64,000 bases of DNA, taken from the NCBI GenBank assembly GCA_022820825.1, contig JAJEEU010000080.1:9211-73210 (forward strand). The letters are read 5' to 3'. Positions 9,686 through 19,901 of this stretch are shown one piece after another. Position numbers and translations under genes: made by a program. Position 1 is the first letter of the stretch, and each line of letters opens with the position of its first letter. The stretch is from Vicinamibacteria bacterium (GTDB taxonomy: Bacteria > Acidobacteriota > Vicinamibacteria > Vicinamibacterales > UBA8438). Below the pieces are notes generated by a model that was not told the DNA's origin, did no database searches, and saw only the letters and a program-made list of their open reading frames with translations.

Positions 9686-12352
9686 ATGCCTGAATTGACG
9701 AAGGTCTTCGAGCACGCCCGGGTCGATCCCAAGTGGTACGCGTACTGGGAAGAGGTGGGCGCCTTCCGCGCCGACCCCGCTTCCGGCCGCCCGCCGTTCA
9801 GCATGGTGCTCCCGCCGCCGAACGTCACGGGCTGGCTCCACATCGGTCACGCTCTCAACCAGACGCTGCCCGACATCGTGGCGCGCTGGAAGCGCATGCA
9901 CGGGTACGACGTGCTGTGGCTGCCCGGCACGGACCACGCCGGCATCGCGACGCAGAACGTCGTCGAGAAGCAGCTCGCGGCGGAGGGGGTGTCGCGGCAC
10001 GACCTGGGCCGCGAGGCGTTCGAGGCGCGCGTCTGGAAGTGGGTGGAGCAGAGCCACGGCACCATCACCAGCCAGATGCGCAAGCTCGGCTCGTCGGTCG
10101 ACTGGACGCGCGAGCGCTTCACGCTGGACGAGAACCTGTCGCGCGCCGTCCGCCGCGTGTTCGTGGCGCTGCATGAAGACGGCCTGATCTACCGCGGCAC
10201 CTACCTCGTGAGCTGGTGCCCGCGCTGCCGGACGGCGCTGTCGGACCTGGAAGTGGTGCACCAGGACGTCAAGGGTCATCTGCACCACCTGCGCTATCCG
10301 ATCGCGGGCGGCGGCGGCAGCGTCACGGTCGCGACGACCCGCGTGGAGACGATGCTGGGCGACACTGCGGTCGCCGTGCATCCGGAAGACGAGCGCTACC
10401 GCGACCTCGTGGGACGCACCGTCGTGCTGCCGGTCCTGAAGCGGGAGCTGCCGGTGATCGCTGACGAGTTCGTCGACCCGTCGTTCGGAACGGGCGCCGT
10501 GAAGGTGACCCCGGCCCACGACCCCAACGACTTCGAGATGGGTCAGCGCCACGACCTGCCGCAGGTATCGGTGATCGGCGAGGACGGCCGGATGACGGCC
10601 GAAGCCGGACCGTACGCGGGACGTGACCGCATGGAGGCGCGCGAGGCGCTCGTCGCGGAGCTCGACGCGCAGGGCCTGCTGGCGGGCGTTACCGACCACG
10701 TCCATGCGGTGGGGCACTGCCAGCGCTGCGGAACGGTGGTCGAGCCGCTGCTGTCGACGCAGTGGTTCGTGCGCATCAAGCCGCTGGCGGAGCGCGCCAT
10801 CGACGCGGTCCGCGAGGACCGCACGACGTTCGTGCCGGCCAACTGGACGCGGACCTACGAGGAGTGGATGACCGGCATCCACGACTGGTGCATCTCGCGC
10901 CAGTTGTGGTGGGGGCACCGCATTCCGGCCTGGCACTGCGACGCCTGCGGCCGGGTCACCGTCACCGAAGAGGCCCCGTCGGCCTGCGCCTGCGGGGGTG
11001 CGGTGCGGCAGGACACGGACGTGCTCGACACGTGGTTCAGCTCGGGGCTGTGGCCGTTCAGCACCATGGGATGGCCCGCGGCGACGGCCGACCTGGCCCG
11101 CTACTACCCGACCAGCCTGCTGATCACCGCGCACGACATCATCTTCTTCTGGGTCGCGCGCATGATGATGCTGGGCGTCAAGTTCGCCGGCGACGTGCCG
11201 TTCCGGCAGGTGTACATCACGTCGCTCGTGCGCGACGCGCACGGCCGCAAGATGAGCAAGTCCAAGGGGAACGTGGTCGATCCCCTGGAGCTGATCGGCG
11301 AGATCGGCGCCGACGCCTTCCGCTTCACGCTCGCCGCGCTGGCGTCGCCCGGCATGGACATCTCGCTGTCGGAGGGCCGGCTGCGCGGGTACCGGCAGTT
11401 CGTCAACAAGATCTGGAACGCCTCGCGGTTCGTGTTGATGAACCTGCCGGACGGTATGGCAGAGCGCCCCGCTGTCCGGGACGCCGCCGGGCTCGACCTG
11501 GTTCACCGCTGGATTCTGCATCGCGCCAGCGACGTGAGCCGGCAGGTGCAGGCGTCCCTGGAGGAGTTCCGTTTCGACGTGGCGGCCGACACGCTGTACC
11601 ACTTCTGCTGGCACGAGTACGCCGACTGGTACATCGAGCTCGTCAAGCCGCGGCTGCAGGCCGCCGGAACGGCCGGCTCCGACGCCGTGGCGGTGTTGCT
11701 CGAGGTGCACGACCGCATCCTGCGCATGCTGCACCCGTTCATGCCGTTCGTCACCGAGGAGATCTGGCAGGCGCTGCCGCCGTCGGGCGGCGACGGCCGC
11801 ACGGCGGACGGCCGCGGGCGCACGATCACGCTGGCGCCGTTTCCGGCGCCCGTGGAGGGTTGGCGCGCCGATTCGGCGGTTGCCGACATGGCGCTGCTGC
11901 AGGAGATCGTCACGGCCGTCCGGACCGTGCGCTCGGAATGGGGCGTACCCCCGTCGCGGCGGATCTCCGTGGTGGTGGAGGGCGGCGGAGAGGATGTGCG
12001 CGACCTGCTGGAGCGCTGTGGGGAGGACATCCGGCGGCTGGCGGGATTGGACGCTGTCGAATGCGCCGCGGAGGTGCCCCGCGCAGCCGATACGGTGCGG
12101 CGCCTGGTGCGCGACTTCCAGTTGCACGTGCCGCTGGCGGGTGTCGTCGACCGCGCGCGTGAAGCCGAGCGGGTCGGTCGCGAGCTGGCGAAGCTCGGGC
12201 GGCAGCGTACGGCGCTGGAGGCGCGCCTCGCGAACCGGGCGTTCCTCGAGAAGGCGGATCCGGCGGTAGTGCGCGAGGCGCGCCTCCAGGCGGAGGACGC
12301 GGCGCGCCAGCAGGCGAAGCTGGAGCAGATCCTCCAGGAGCTCGGCGCGTGA
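9686..12352 (+). CDS. valS: valine--tRNA ligase
   Basis: [41 protein letters not shown]-terminal coiled coil. Confidence 0.97.
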   Translation: MPELTKVFEHARVDPKWYAYWEEVGAFRADPASGRPPFSMVLPPPNVTGWLHIGHALNQTLPDIVARWKRMHGYDVLWLPGTDHAGIATQNVVEKQLAAEGVSRHDLGREAFEARVWKWVEQSHGTITSQMRKLGSSVDWTRERFTLDENLSRAVRRVFVALHEDGLIYRGTYLVSWCPRCRTALSDLEVVHQDVKGHLHHLRYPIAGGGGSVTVATTRVETMLGDTAVAVHPEDERYRDLVGRTVVLPVLKRELPVIADEFVDPSFGTGAVKVTPAHDPNDFEMGQRHDLPQVSVIGEDGRMTAEAGPYAGRDRMEAREALVAELDAQGLLAGVTDHVHAVGHCQRCGTVVEPLLSTQWFVRIKPLAERAIDAVREDRTTFVPANWTRTYEEWMTGIHDWCISRQLWWGHRIPAWHCDACGRVTVTEEAPSACACGGAVRQDTDVLDTWFSSGLWPFSTMGWPAATADLARYYPTSLLITAHDIIFFWVARMMMLGVKFAGDVPFRQVYITSLVRDAHGRKMSKSKGNVVDPLELIGEIGADAFRFTLAALASPGMDISLSEGRLRGYRQFVNKIWNASRFVLMNLPDGMAERPAVRDAAGLDLVHRWILHRASDVSRQVQASLEEFRFDVAADTLYHFCWHEYADWYIELVKPRLQAAGTAGSDAVAVLLEVHDRILRMLHPFMPFVTEEIWQALPPSGGDGRTADGRGRTITLAPFPAPVEGWRADSAVADMALLQEIVTAVRTVRSEWGVPPSRRISVVVEGGGEDVRDLLERCGEDIRRLAGLDAVECAAEVPRAADTVRRLVRDFQLHVPLAGVVDRAREAERVGRELAKLGRQRTALEARLANRAFLEKADPAVVREARLQAEDAARQQAKLEQILQELGA

Positions 12353-13230
12353 GGGGCGGCGCGCCCGAACCTCTGGAGCCAGCGTGCTACCGGGAGCTCG
12401 TCCGCCGCGCGCTTGCCGAGGACGTGCGCAGCGGCGACGTGACGACCGCCGCGACCATCCCCGCAGGGCAACGCGCCGCCGGCGAGTTGATCGTGAGGTC
12501 GGCGTGCGTGCTGGCGGGAATCGACGTGGCGGTCGAGGCGTTCCGGCAGCTCGACCCCGAGGCGGAGATCGCGCGGTTGCGGCACGACGGTGAACGCTGC
12601 ACGGCGGGCGAGACGATCGCACGCATCAGCGGCGCGGCGCCGGCGCTGCTGGCGGCGGAGCGGACGGCGCTCAATTTCCTGCAGCGCCTGTCGGGTATCG
12701 CGACGTTGACGCGGCGGTACGTGGACGCGGTCGCCGGCCGGTCGGTCGTGCTCGACACCCGCAAGACAACCCCCACGCTGCGCGCCCTGGAAAAGTACGC
12801 CGTGCGCGCCGGCGGCGGGACCAACCACAGGGCGGCGCTCGACGACGGCATGTTGATCAAGGACAATCACGTCCAGGTGGCGGGGTCGCTGGCCGCCGCG
12901 GTGCGGCGCGCCCGGTCCGCGGGCAGCGGCTTCCCGATCGAGGTGGAGGCCGGCAGCCTGGACGAGGCCGAGGCGGCGCTGGCGGCCGGCGCCGACATCA
13001 TCCTCCTCGACAACCTGCCGGCGCCGCAGGTGGGAACGGCCGTCGCGCGCATCGCCGGCCGGGCTCGCACCGAGGCGTCGGGCGGCGTGACGCTCGAGCG
13101 GGCCGCCGAGCTGGCCGCGACGGGCGTGACGTACATCTCGGTGGGCGCCCTGACGCACTCGGCCCCGGCGATCGATTGCGCCTTCGACCTGCAGCCGCTA
13201 CCTGCCGGCAAGGCGGTATCCTCGCAGTAA
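12349..13230 (+). CDS. nadC: nicotinate-nucleotide diphosphorylase (quinolinate phosphoribosyltransferase)
   Basis: [39 protein letters not shown]. Confidence 0.96.
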   Translation: MRGGAPEPLEPACYRELVRRALAEDVRSGDVTTAATIPAGQRAAGELIVRSACVLAGIDVAVEAFRQLDPEAEIARLRHDGERCTAGETIARISGAAPALLAAERTALNFLQRLSGIATLTRRYVDAVAGRSVVLDTRKTTPTLRALEKYAVRAGGGTNHRAALDDGMLIKDNHVQVAGSLAAAVRRARSAGSGFPIEVEAGSLDEAEAALAAGADIILLDNLPAPQVGTAVARIAGRARTEASGGVTLERAAELAATGVTYISVGALTHSAPAIDCAFDLQPLPAGKAVSSQ

Positions 13231-14063
13231 TGTTGCAGCCGCAACCGCTGCCCGCCGACATCGCACGGGCATTGGGCGCCGCGGCGGGCCGCCTCGATGC
13301 GTGGCCCGGGCGCGTCGTCTACCGCCCGGTCGTGTCGTCGACGAACGACCTGGCGCGGGAGCTTGCCGCCGCGGGCGCCGCCGACGGGACGACCGTGGTC
13401 GCGGGCGCGCAGACGGTGGGACGCGGGCGGCAGGGGCGCCGCTGGTTTTCGGCCCCGGACGCGGGCCTGTACTGCTCCGTGGTTTTGAGGGGCATCGACA
13501 CGGCGGTGGTCACCCTGGCGGCCGGCGTGGCTGCCGCGGAGGGCGTGCGCGCCGCGACAGGCCTGCCGGTGGAGATAAAGTGGCCGAACGACGTGGTGCT
13601 GCCGGCGCACGCCGGCGCCGCCAAGGTCGGCGGCATCCTCGCGGAGGCGTCGCGCCTGGACGCCGCCGCCGATGCCGTCATCGTCGGTATCGGGATCAAC
13701 GTCGCCGCCGTTGACTTTCCCCCGGAGATCGCGCCGCGCGCCGCGTCCCTGGCCGCCGCGCTGGGAGGCCCGGTCGATCGCGGGACCGTGCTGGTCGAGC
13801 TGCTGGCCGCGCTGGCCCGCTGGCGGCAGCTGCTGGTCGGCGGCGGCGCGGCGCGGATGCTCGAACGCTGGCGCGCGCTGGCGCCGGGCAGCGTCGGCGC
13901 GGCGGTCGAATGGTGCGTCGCGGACGCGCGGTTGTCCGGCGTGACCGCCGGCATCGACAGCGACGGCGCGCTGCTGGTCCGCCGCGGAGAGCGACTGGAA
14001 CGCATCGTCGCCGGCGAAGTGACCTGGGTGACGGCCCCCGTGAGCACGGCGCCTGAAGACTAG
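13230..14063 (+). CDS. birA: biotin--protein ligase (no N-terminal HTH)
   Basis: SSTND, QTVGRGRQGRRW, IKWPND, KVGGILAE, VGIGIN. Confidence 0.93.
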   Translation: MLQPQPLPADIARALGAAAGRLDAWPGRVVYRPVVSSTNDLARELAAAGAADGTTVVAGAQTVGRGRQGRRWFSAPDAGLYCSVVLRGIDTAVVTLAAGVAAAEGVRAATGLPVEIKWPNDVVLPAHAGAAKVGGILAEASRLDAAADAVIVGIGINVAAVDFPPEIAPRAASLAAALGGPVDRGTVLVELLAALARWRQLLVGGGAARMLERWRALAPGSVGAAVEWCVADARLSGVTAGIDSDGALLVRRGERLERIVAGEVTWVTAPVSTAPED

Positions 14064-14071
14064 AGGAAACA

Positions 14072-14899
14072 ATGCTGTTGGCCATCGACATCGGCAATAC
14101 CAACATCGTCTTCGGCATCTTCACGGACCGCAAGCTGGCGGTCAGCCTGCGCCTGGCGACCTGGCCCGACCGCACCGCGGACGAGCTGTGGGTCGTCGTG
14201 AGCCAGTTGCTGGCAGGCCGGCAGGTGGCGATCGACCGCATCGACGGCGTCGTCCTGTCGTCGGTTGTCCCGGCGCTCACGCGTACCGTGGCCGAAATGG
14301 TGGAGCAGGGGCTCGGACGCGAGGCGTTGCACGTGGACGCAGGCAACGCCGGGTTGCCCGTACGCTACGACAATCCCGAAGACGTCGGCGCCGACCGGCT
14401 CGTGAACGGCGTCGCCGCCCGCGCGCTGTACGGCGCGCCGACGCGGCCCGTGATCGTCGTCGACTTCGGCACCGCCACGACGTTCGACGCGCTATCGCCG
14501 CGCCACGGCTATCTGGGCGGCGTCATCTGCCCCGGCGTGGACATCTCGGCCGATGCACTGTTCCAGCGTGCGGCGCGCCTGCCGCGGGTCGAGGTCAGCC
14601 GGCCGCCCGCGCTGATCGGCCGCACGACCGTGGCATCCATGCAGGCGGGCCTGTTCTTCGGCCACGTGGCGATGGTCGAGGGCATCGTCGGGCGGTTGCG
14701 CGACGAGTTGCGTGACGAGGGCGAAGCGGTCTGCGTCGCTACCGGCGGTCTGGCCGGCGCCATCGCCGCGGAAACGGCCGTCATCGACAAGGTGGACCTG
14801 GACCTCACGCTGACCGGCCTGCAGCTCGTGTGGGAACGCAACTCGGCGGGACCTGCGCGCGGCGCACGGGACGCGGCCGCCGACGGCCGCGACCGATGA
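14072..14899 (+). CDS. coaX: type III pantothenate kinase
   Basis: AIDIGNTN, SSVVP, GADR, VDFGTATT, GGVICPG. Confidence 0.95.
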   Translation: MLLAIDIGNTNIVFGIFTDRKLAVSLRLATWPDRTADELWVVVSQLLAGRQVAIDRIDGVVLSSVVPALTRTVAEMVEQGLGREALHVDAGNAGLPVRYDNPEDVGADRLVNGVAARALYGAPTRPVIVVDFGTATTFDALSPRHGYLGGVICPGVDISADALFQRAARLPRVEVSRPPALIGRTTVASMQAGLFFGHVAMVEGIVGRLRDELRDEGEAVCVATGGLAGAIAAETAVIDKVDLDLTLTGLQLVWERNSAGPARGARDAAADGRDR

Positions 14900-15600
14900 A
14901 TCCCGGCGCCTATTGCCGCGACGTCGAGTCGTACCTCTGCCGGCAGAACGGCGGCCACCTCATCCGCATCGTCGGTCCGGCGTTCGAGCTGGTCTGCGCA
15001 TGGCAGGCCCGGCAGATTCCGCTGAGCGTCGTGTACCGGGCGATAGACCGTACGGTGGAACGCCGTGCGTCGTCGCCGTCCCGCCGCCGGCCGGTGCGCA
15101 TAGAGTTCTGCGAGGCCGATGTGCAGGAGCTGTTCGACGAGTGGCGTCGCGCCGTGGGAGTGGCCCGCCGCGGCGAGGAGACGGACACGGACACGCAGCG
15201 CCGGACTCCGCGCGGCCCGTCGTTGCCGGCGCATCTGGAACGCGTCGTCCTGGGGCTCACCGCGATGCGCGCGAAACGCGCCCATCCGGAGGCTCTGCGT
15301 GATCTGGCGGGGCGCCTCGCCGCCGAGCTCGACGCCGCCCGCGCGGCGGCCAGAACGGCCCGCGGCGACCGGCGCGAGCGGCTGCTTGCGCGCCTGGAAG
15401 GGGCGGACCGCGAGCTGCTGGCCGCAGCGCGCACCGGCGCGGATGAATCCCTGCGGGACCGCCTGCGCGCGGACGCCGAGCGGGAGCTGGCCGGCTTCAG
15501 GGAGCGCATGCCGCCGGCCGAGCTCCGGAAGGCGGTGGAGGCGGCCGCCGACCGGCTGCTGCGCGAGGAGCTCGACCTGCCCCGCATCGCCTTCGACTAG
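14896..15600 (+). CDS. conserved hypothetical protein, N-terminal region possibly DnaD-like
   Basis: ATG overlaps coaX stop; LV..W....IPL.VV.RAID pattern; helical C-terminus. Confidence 0.7.
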   Translation: MNPGAYCRDVESYLCRQNGGHLIRIVGPAFELVCAWQARQIPLSVVYRAIDRTVERRASSPSRRRPVRIEFCEADVQELFDEWRRAVGVARRGEETDTDTQRRTPRGPSLPAHLERVVLGLTAMRAKRAHPEALRDLAGRLAAELDAARAAARTARGDRRERLLARLEGADRELLAAARTGADESLRDRLRADAERELAGFRERMPPAELRKAVEAAADRLLREELDLPRIAFD

Positions 15601-15635
15601 CGGCGTACGCCGCCGGCCCGCCAGGGAAGTCGCGC

Positions 15636-17630
15636 CTACATGCGGGCCGGCACCTCGCATCCCATCAGCTCCAGCGCGCGGGTCAACTGGCGGCGCACAT
15701 GGACGACGGCCGCCGCACGCCACAGCCGGACGTCGCGCCGCTCCTCCGCAATCACCGGATAGCGGTGATAGAAGGTGTTGAACGCCTGCGCCAGGCCGAA
15801 GGCGTACTTCGCCAGCACCGACAGCTCCAGCGTGCGCACCGCCTGCTCGGCGATCTCGTCCAGACGCGACGCCTCGAGCACGAGCGCCCAGAGGTCCGAT
15901 CCGCCCGCCTCCGCGAGCGCTTCGGCGGGCAGGGCTTCCAGCGCGGCGGTTATCGCCGCTTCATCGGTGCCGTCGCGCGCCTGCAGCTTGCCGAGGATGT
16001 TTCCGGCGCGCACGGCCGCGTACTGCAGGTAGGGACCGCTCTCGCCCTCGAAGCTGAGGGCTTCGTCGATGTCGAACGCGATCACCTTGTTCCGCGTGTA
16101 CTTGACCATGAAGTAGCGCACGGCGGCCGTCGCAATCATGGCGGCCGTCCGATCCGCGGCTTCAGCCGGCAGCTCCGCGTTGCGCGCGCGCACCTCGGCG
16201 CGCGCCGCCGCGACCATACGGTCCAGGAGATCGTCCGCCTTCACGCCCTGGCCGCGGCGTCCCGACACCTCCACGAACGGACGGTCGCTCTCGGCGCTGG
16301 TGTCGTAGCCGAGCGCCCGCGCCGTCGCGTGCGAGAGCGCGACCATCTCGTACGAGTAGTGAAAGGAGCGCTCCGCCTCCGTCGCGTGGCCGATGGCCGC
16401 CAGCGACTGCTTGAGCAGTTGCTGGAGATAGGACTGGCGCGTGTCGATGACGTTGTAGACCGCGCGCGCGTGGCCGAACCGGGGCGCGGGCGGGATCTCG
16501 CCGGGGTCGTCCGGCGCATCCTGCCGGGTAGTCCACAGCGGGCGCCCGGAGCGCTGGCTGCCGTGCGGACCGTACTGGAAATCCTTGTCGAGCAGGCCGA
16601 ACTTCCAGAGCTGGTAGGCGATGTCCTTGCCGACGTACGTGACCGTGCCGTCGGAGCGCACGATGACCTTCCACCGCGCCTCGGCGTCACCGGCCGCGTC
16701 GGCGCCGGCCTCGGGGTCGATCGGCATGACCCAGCAGCCGGCCTGTGGTCCGTCGGGCTGGTACGTGACGGCGCCGGCGGCTTTCAGCACGTCGAAGGCC
16801 GTGGCCCAGAAGTCGAGCCGCAGGATGTCGCCTTCCCAGCTCAGCAGGTCGTATTCGACGTTGAGGCGGTCCATCGTGGCCAGGTGGAGCCGGACGATGC
16901 GATCGGCGACGAAGCGGGCCGTTGCGGCGTTGGCGTTGCCGCCGTGCTCCAGGTCGCGCAGCATGCGGGCGCGCGCGGCCAGACGGCCGTTGTCGGCCTC
17001 GTACCAGGCGGTGACGCGCGCGTACAGGTCCCAGCAGTAGTAGTCGAACCGCGGTTGTCCGGCGAGCTCGCGAATCTGTTCCGGCGTCCGGTCTTCGAGC
17101 TGCTGGAAGCCGACGATGATGTCGGCCACCTGCACGCCGGTGTCGTCGATGTAGTTCTGGGTCTCCACCGGACAGTCCCGGAAGCGCAGCAGGCGGACCA
17201 GCGTATCGCCGAGCGCCGCGTTCCGCAGGTGACCGATGTGCGCCGCCTTGTTCGGATTGATGGCGGTGTGCTCGACGATCGTCTTTTCGGAGTCGCCGCC
17301 GGGGGGCGCCGCGCGCGGGCCACCGAGCACGCGCCGCAGGTGCGCCGCGCGGTCGAGGTGGATGTTCAGGTAGCCGGCGGGCGTTGCCGCGGCCCGCGCC
17401 ACGCCGTCGAGCGGGCCCAGCGCATCCGCCAGCTCCTGCGCGATGACGCGCGGCGCCTTGCGCAGGATGCGCGCCAGCTCGAACGCCACGGTGACGGCGA
17501 GGTCGCCCAGGTCGCGGTTCGGCGGGTACTGGATGGCGATGTCGGGCACGCCGGCCGCGTCGAGGCCGTACAGCTCGACCAGCCGCGTCCGAATCCGCTC
17601 GCGAAGCGCCGCGTGCAACTGCAGGATCAT
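15636..17630 (-). CDS. argS: arginine--tRNA ligase
   Basis: VEHT.INPNKAAHIGHLRN, NYIDDTG.Q, SFEGESGPYLQYA, C-terminal anticodon-binding domain ending P.RM. Confidence 0.95.
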   Translation of the reverse strand: MILQLHAALRERIRTRLVELYGLDAAGVPDIAIQYPPNRDLGDLAVTVAFELARILRKAPRVIAQELADALGPLDGVARAAATPAGYLNIHLDRAAHLRRVLGGPRAAPPGGDSEKTIVEHTAINPNKAAHIGHLRNAALGDTLVRLLRFRDCPVETQNYIDDTGVQVADIIVGFQQLEDRTPEQIRELAGQPRFDYYCWDLYARVTAWYEADNGRLAARARMLRDLEHGGNANAATARFVADRIVRLHLATMDRLNVEYDLLSWEGDILRLDFWATAFDVLKAAGAVTYQPDGPQAGCWVMPIDPEAGADAAGDAEARWKVIVRSDGTVTYVGKDIAYQLWKFGLLDKDFQYGPHGSQRSGRPLWTTRQDAPDDPGEIPPAPRFGHARAVYNVIDTRQSYLQQLLKQSLAAIGHATEAERSFHYSYEMVALSHATARALGYDTSAESDRPFVEVSGRRGQGVKADDLLDRMVAAARAEVRARNAELPAEAADRTAAMIATAAVRYFMVKYTRNKVIAFDIDEALSFEGESGPYLQYAAVRAGNILGKLQARDGTDEAAITAALEALPAEALAEAGGSDLWALVLEASRLDEIAEQAVRTLELSVLAKYAFGLAQAFNTFYHRYPVIAEERRDVRLWRAAAVVHVRRQLTRALELMGCEVPARM

Positions 17631-18277
17631 GGTGACCGGCGCGCCGCCAGTTGCTGGCCCCGCGCGTAGTCCTCCGGTGTGTTGATGTTGAAGAACAGCG
17701 TCCCGTCCGGATCGAACGGCCGCAGCTCGTCCGGTCCGATCTCGCGCAAGCGCACCTTCGCCAGCAGATCGCCTACCGCCAAGGCGCCGCGCTCCAGGCT
17801 CTGCCGGATCACGCCGGCGCACGCGGTGTCGTACGAAGCGCACAGCGGGTGGCGTCCGTCCGCCGTGCGGGCTACCGCCACGTCGGCGTCGCGGCCCGCC
17901 CGATCGAGATGGCGCATGAAGGCCGGCGTCAGGAACGGCATGTCCCCCGCGACCACCAGCGTGCGCGACGCCGCCCGGACCAGCGCCGTGTAGATGCCGC
18001 CCAGCGGCCCCGCGTCCGGAACCAGATCTTCCCAGATCGGAATGCCCAGGGCGGCGTAGCGCTCCCGGTCGGCGGCGACGACGACCACGCGGTCGGTTAC
18101 CGTTCCGAGCACCCCGATCTGGCGATCGATGATGCGCCGATCACCCAGAGGGAGAAGCGCTTTCGGACGCCCGCCGAAGCGGCGCGCCCGGCCGCCAGCG
18201 AGAATCGCCGCCGTTGGTTTCCGCGTTCGATCGTCCTGCTCGGGGGTGCGCTCCGCACCTGCGGCGGGTGTTGGCAC
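17627..18277 (-). CDS. mobA: molybdenum cofactor guanylyltransferase
   Basis: ILAGG.A.RFGG..KAL, GPLGGI..AL, AGDMPF, HPL.A.Y, FFNINTPEDY. Confidence 0.9.
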   Translation of the reverse strand: MPTPAAGAERTPEQDDRTRKPTAAILAGGRARRFGGRPKALLPLGDRRIIDRQIGVLGTVTDRVVVVAADRERYAALGIPIWEDLVPDAGPLGGIYTALVRAASRTLVVAGDMPFLTPAFMRHLDRAGRDADVAVARTADGRHPLCASYDTACAGVIRQSLERGALAVGDLLAKVRLREIGPDELRPFDPDGTLFFNINTPEDYARGQQLAARRSP

Positions 18278-18365
18278 GGTGTTGCACGAGGATGCTAGCA
18301 GATTCTCCGCCGTCCGGTGCGGTGGCCGCAGGAGGTCTCGCTGTTTGGCCGCGCAGCAAGACGGC

Positions 18366-18373
18366 TGCTAGTG
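18366..18373. repeat. 8-bp target-site duplication TGCTAGTG (left copy; right copy at 20835-20842)
   Basis: identical 8-mers directly flank both inverted repeats. Confidence 0.9.
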
Positions 18374-18404
18374 GGTAGTGTCTCAGTTTGAATTTTGATA
18401 TTGC

Positions 18405-18734
18405 TCACCGAGATGGTGACCAGCACCCAAGCATTTCGCACAGCTCGTCTGCAGTGTCAGCAGTAAGCAGGAACCTTTGCGGTCGTTCCGTGCCGGGCGG
18501 GTTGATGATCGCCACCCATAGACTGTCCTGCCGACTGACGAACGAAATGTCGTCTGTTCTGGTGATGATGCTCTGGTCGCCGAAGTGTAGGGCCACCCAC
18601 TGTGGCCGCGAACCGCCAGAAGGATCCCTGGCGGCGGACGCGGTAGGCATCATGAGGGACGCAATGACAGCGGACACCAGCGCGGCGATAACCACCATGA
18701 GCACCAAGGCTCCGACGACGATCCGAGAGGGCAT
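18405..18734 (-). CDS. small membrane-anchored or secreted hypothetical protein (IS cargo)
   Basis: strong N-terminal hydrophobic helix; AAGGA SD upstream. Confidence 0.6.
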   Translation of the reverse strand: MPSRIVVGALVLMVVIAALVSAVIASLMMPTASAARDPSGGSRPQWVALHFGDQSIITRTDDISFVSRQDSLWVAIINPPGTERPQRFLLTADTADELCEMLGCWSPSR

Positions 18735-18740
18735 GCGAGT

Positions 18741-18790
18741 TCCTTAGATGTCTCTAGATGTCTCTAGATGTCCCTAGATGTCTCTAGATG
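18741..18790. repeat. five tandem 10-bp units TCYYTAGATG
   Basis: tccttagatg tctctagatg tctctagatg tccctagatg tctctagatg. Confidence 0.95.
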
Positions 18791-18864
18791 GTGTTATATA
18801 TGGTATATGCTTGCGCACCGCGTGACGTGTGTACGCATGGCGCGCAAGGGGGAGAGGAGACAGC

Positions 18865-19086
18865 ATGCCTACCGGCCCGGAAGGGCAACGTAGGCCGGGC
18901 GACGTGATCGGCTGTGCCGTGAACGTTGCTCGGATAGCGACAGGCGAACTTTCCGAGGACACCAAACCGACCGCACCGGCGCGGGCTGCCGGAGGTCAAG
19001 CAGGAGGACGCAAGCGAGCGCAGCGGCTGTCTCCCAAGCGACGGTCAGAGATCGCACGCGCGGCGGCTGAGGCGAGGTGGGGATAG
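18865..19086 (+). CDS. small basic IS-associated protein (MPxGPxGQxRPxDVIG type, GG..GG.R...L.P.RRSEIA..AA.ARW C-terminus)
   Basis: SD GAGGAG; pattern I recognise from small proteins next to IS1-like transposases. Confidence 0.8.
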   Translation: MPTGPEGQRRPGDVIGCAVNVARIATGELSEDTKPTAPARAAGGQAGGRKRAQRLSPKRRSEIARAAAEARWG

Positions 19087-19153
19087 GGAGAGCCCCACGG
19101 TAGTCAGCAGCCGAGTCGTTTAGACGCGCGAAGATCCGCGTTCGGAGGACGAA

Positions 19154-19591
19154 ATGGCTATGAAGGACTTTTTGAAGAAGAACAGAAGTGAGGCTGTGGC
19201 TGTGCAGCGCCAAGAGGAGGATGGCACGGTCGTTGTTGAATTCTGGAATCTTCACGTCTGCGTGGGCCAGGAGGATGGGCTGTGGTTCGCCCAGGGCTAC
19301 GAGATTGACTACGTGGCGTCCGGTTACACGGAAGATGAGGCGAAGCACAACTTTGAGGTTGGGCTGGCCATGACGGTTCGGGATCATGTGGGGATGTTCG
19401 GGACCATCGAGAAGTTACTCGTTCCGGCTCCACCTGAGGTGTGGATGCGCCTGTTGCAGGCGTCACCGGCGACCGGACCGTCGCCGTTGCTGGTGAAGAA
19501 GAAGCAGGACATATTCAGCGATGAGGCGCTACTTGGTGCATTTCCGTTCCACGGCATCGCATACGCTGGAGAGTCGATGGAATATGCCTAA
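19154..19591 (+). CDS. HicB-like protein (IS cargo)
   Basis: SD GGAGG; EDGLWFAQ..EIDYVASG.TEDEA..NF resembles the HicB partial RNase H fold. Confidence 0.65.
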   Translation: MAMKDFLKKNRSEAVAVQRQEEDGTVVVEFWNLHVCVGQEDGLWFAQGYEIDYVASGYTEDEAKHNFEVGLAMTVRDHVGMFGTIEKLLVPAPPEVWMRLLQASPATGPSPLLVKKKQDIFSDEALLGAFPFHGIAYAGESMEYA

Positions 19592-19881
19592 TGGCTACGA
19601 ACGGCAGTGTACCGATAGATGATGTCACGAGGGCGCTAGGCCGACACGAGTGTCAGATCGTCGAGGAGGAACCACCCGGCGACGACGATACGCGCTTTCG
19701 GAATCTGCGAATATCCCAGGGTGAAACAGTCGTTTCTGGGAGATTCCCTGAGCGGCTACCAAGGCGTCAGATTCACTACTTGGCGCGTAAGTTTGGTGTG
19801 CCCATCCACTTTTTTTATCACCCTGACTTTCAAGCGCCTCCCGGATCTACTGAACCCGGAGAGCAGCCCACCATTAATTAG
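19591..19881 (+). CDS. small hypothetical protein, possible divergent HicA-like partner
   Basis: TAATG stop/start coupling to the upstream gene; alpha-beta-beta-beta-alpha-like pattern, no canonical GSH motif. Confidence 0.55.
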   Translation: MATNGSVPIDDVTRALGRHECQIVEEEPPGDDDTRFRNLRISQGETVVSGRFPERLPRRQIHYLARKFGVPIHFFYHPDFQAPPGSTEPGEQPTIN

Positions 19882-19901
19882 ATTTCAAATAGAAACCATG
19901 C

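Noticed and set aside
9581-12622. 1013-aa ORF antisense to valS, and similar long antisense ORFs opposite rpsA, clpC, bamA, lysS and the VWA gene
   Set aside because: Stop-codon scarcity on the reverse strand of GC3-rich genes; no recognisable motifs. Only the 5247-5405 part of ORF 4998-7541 looks real.
18741-18790. possible CRISPR array
   Set aside because: Units are 10 bp, contiguous and have no spacers; no cas genes in the window.
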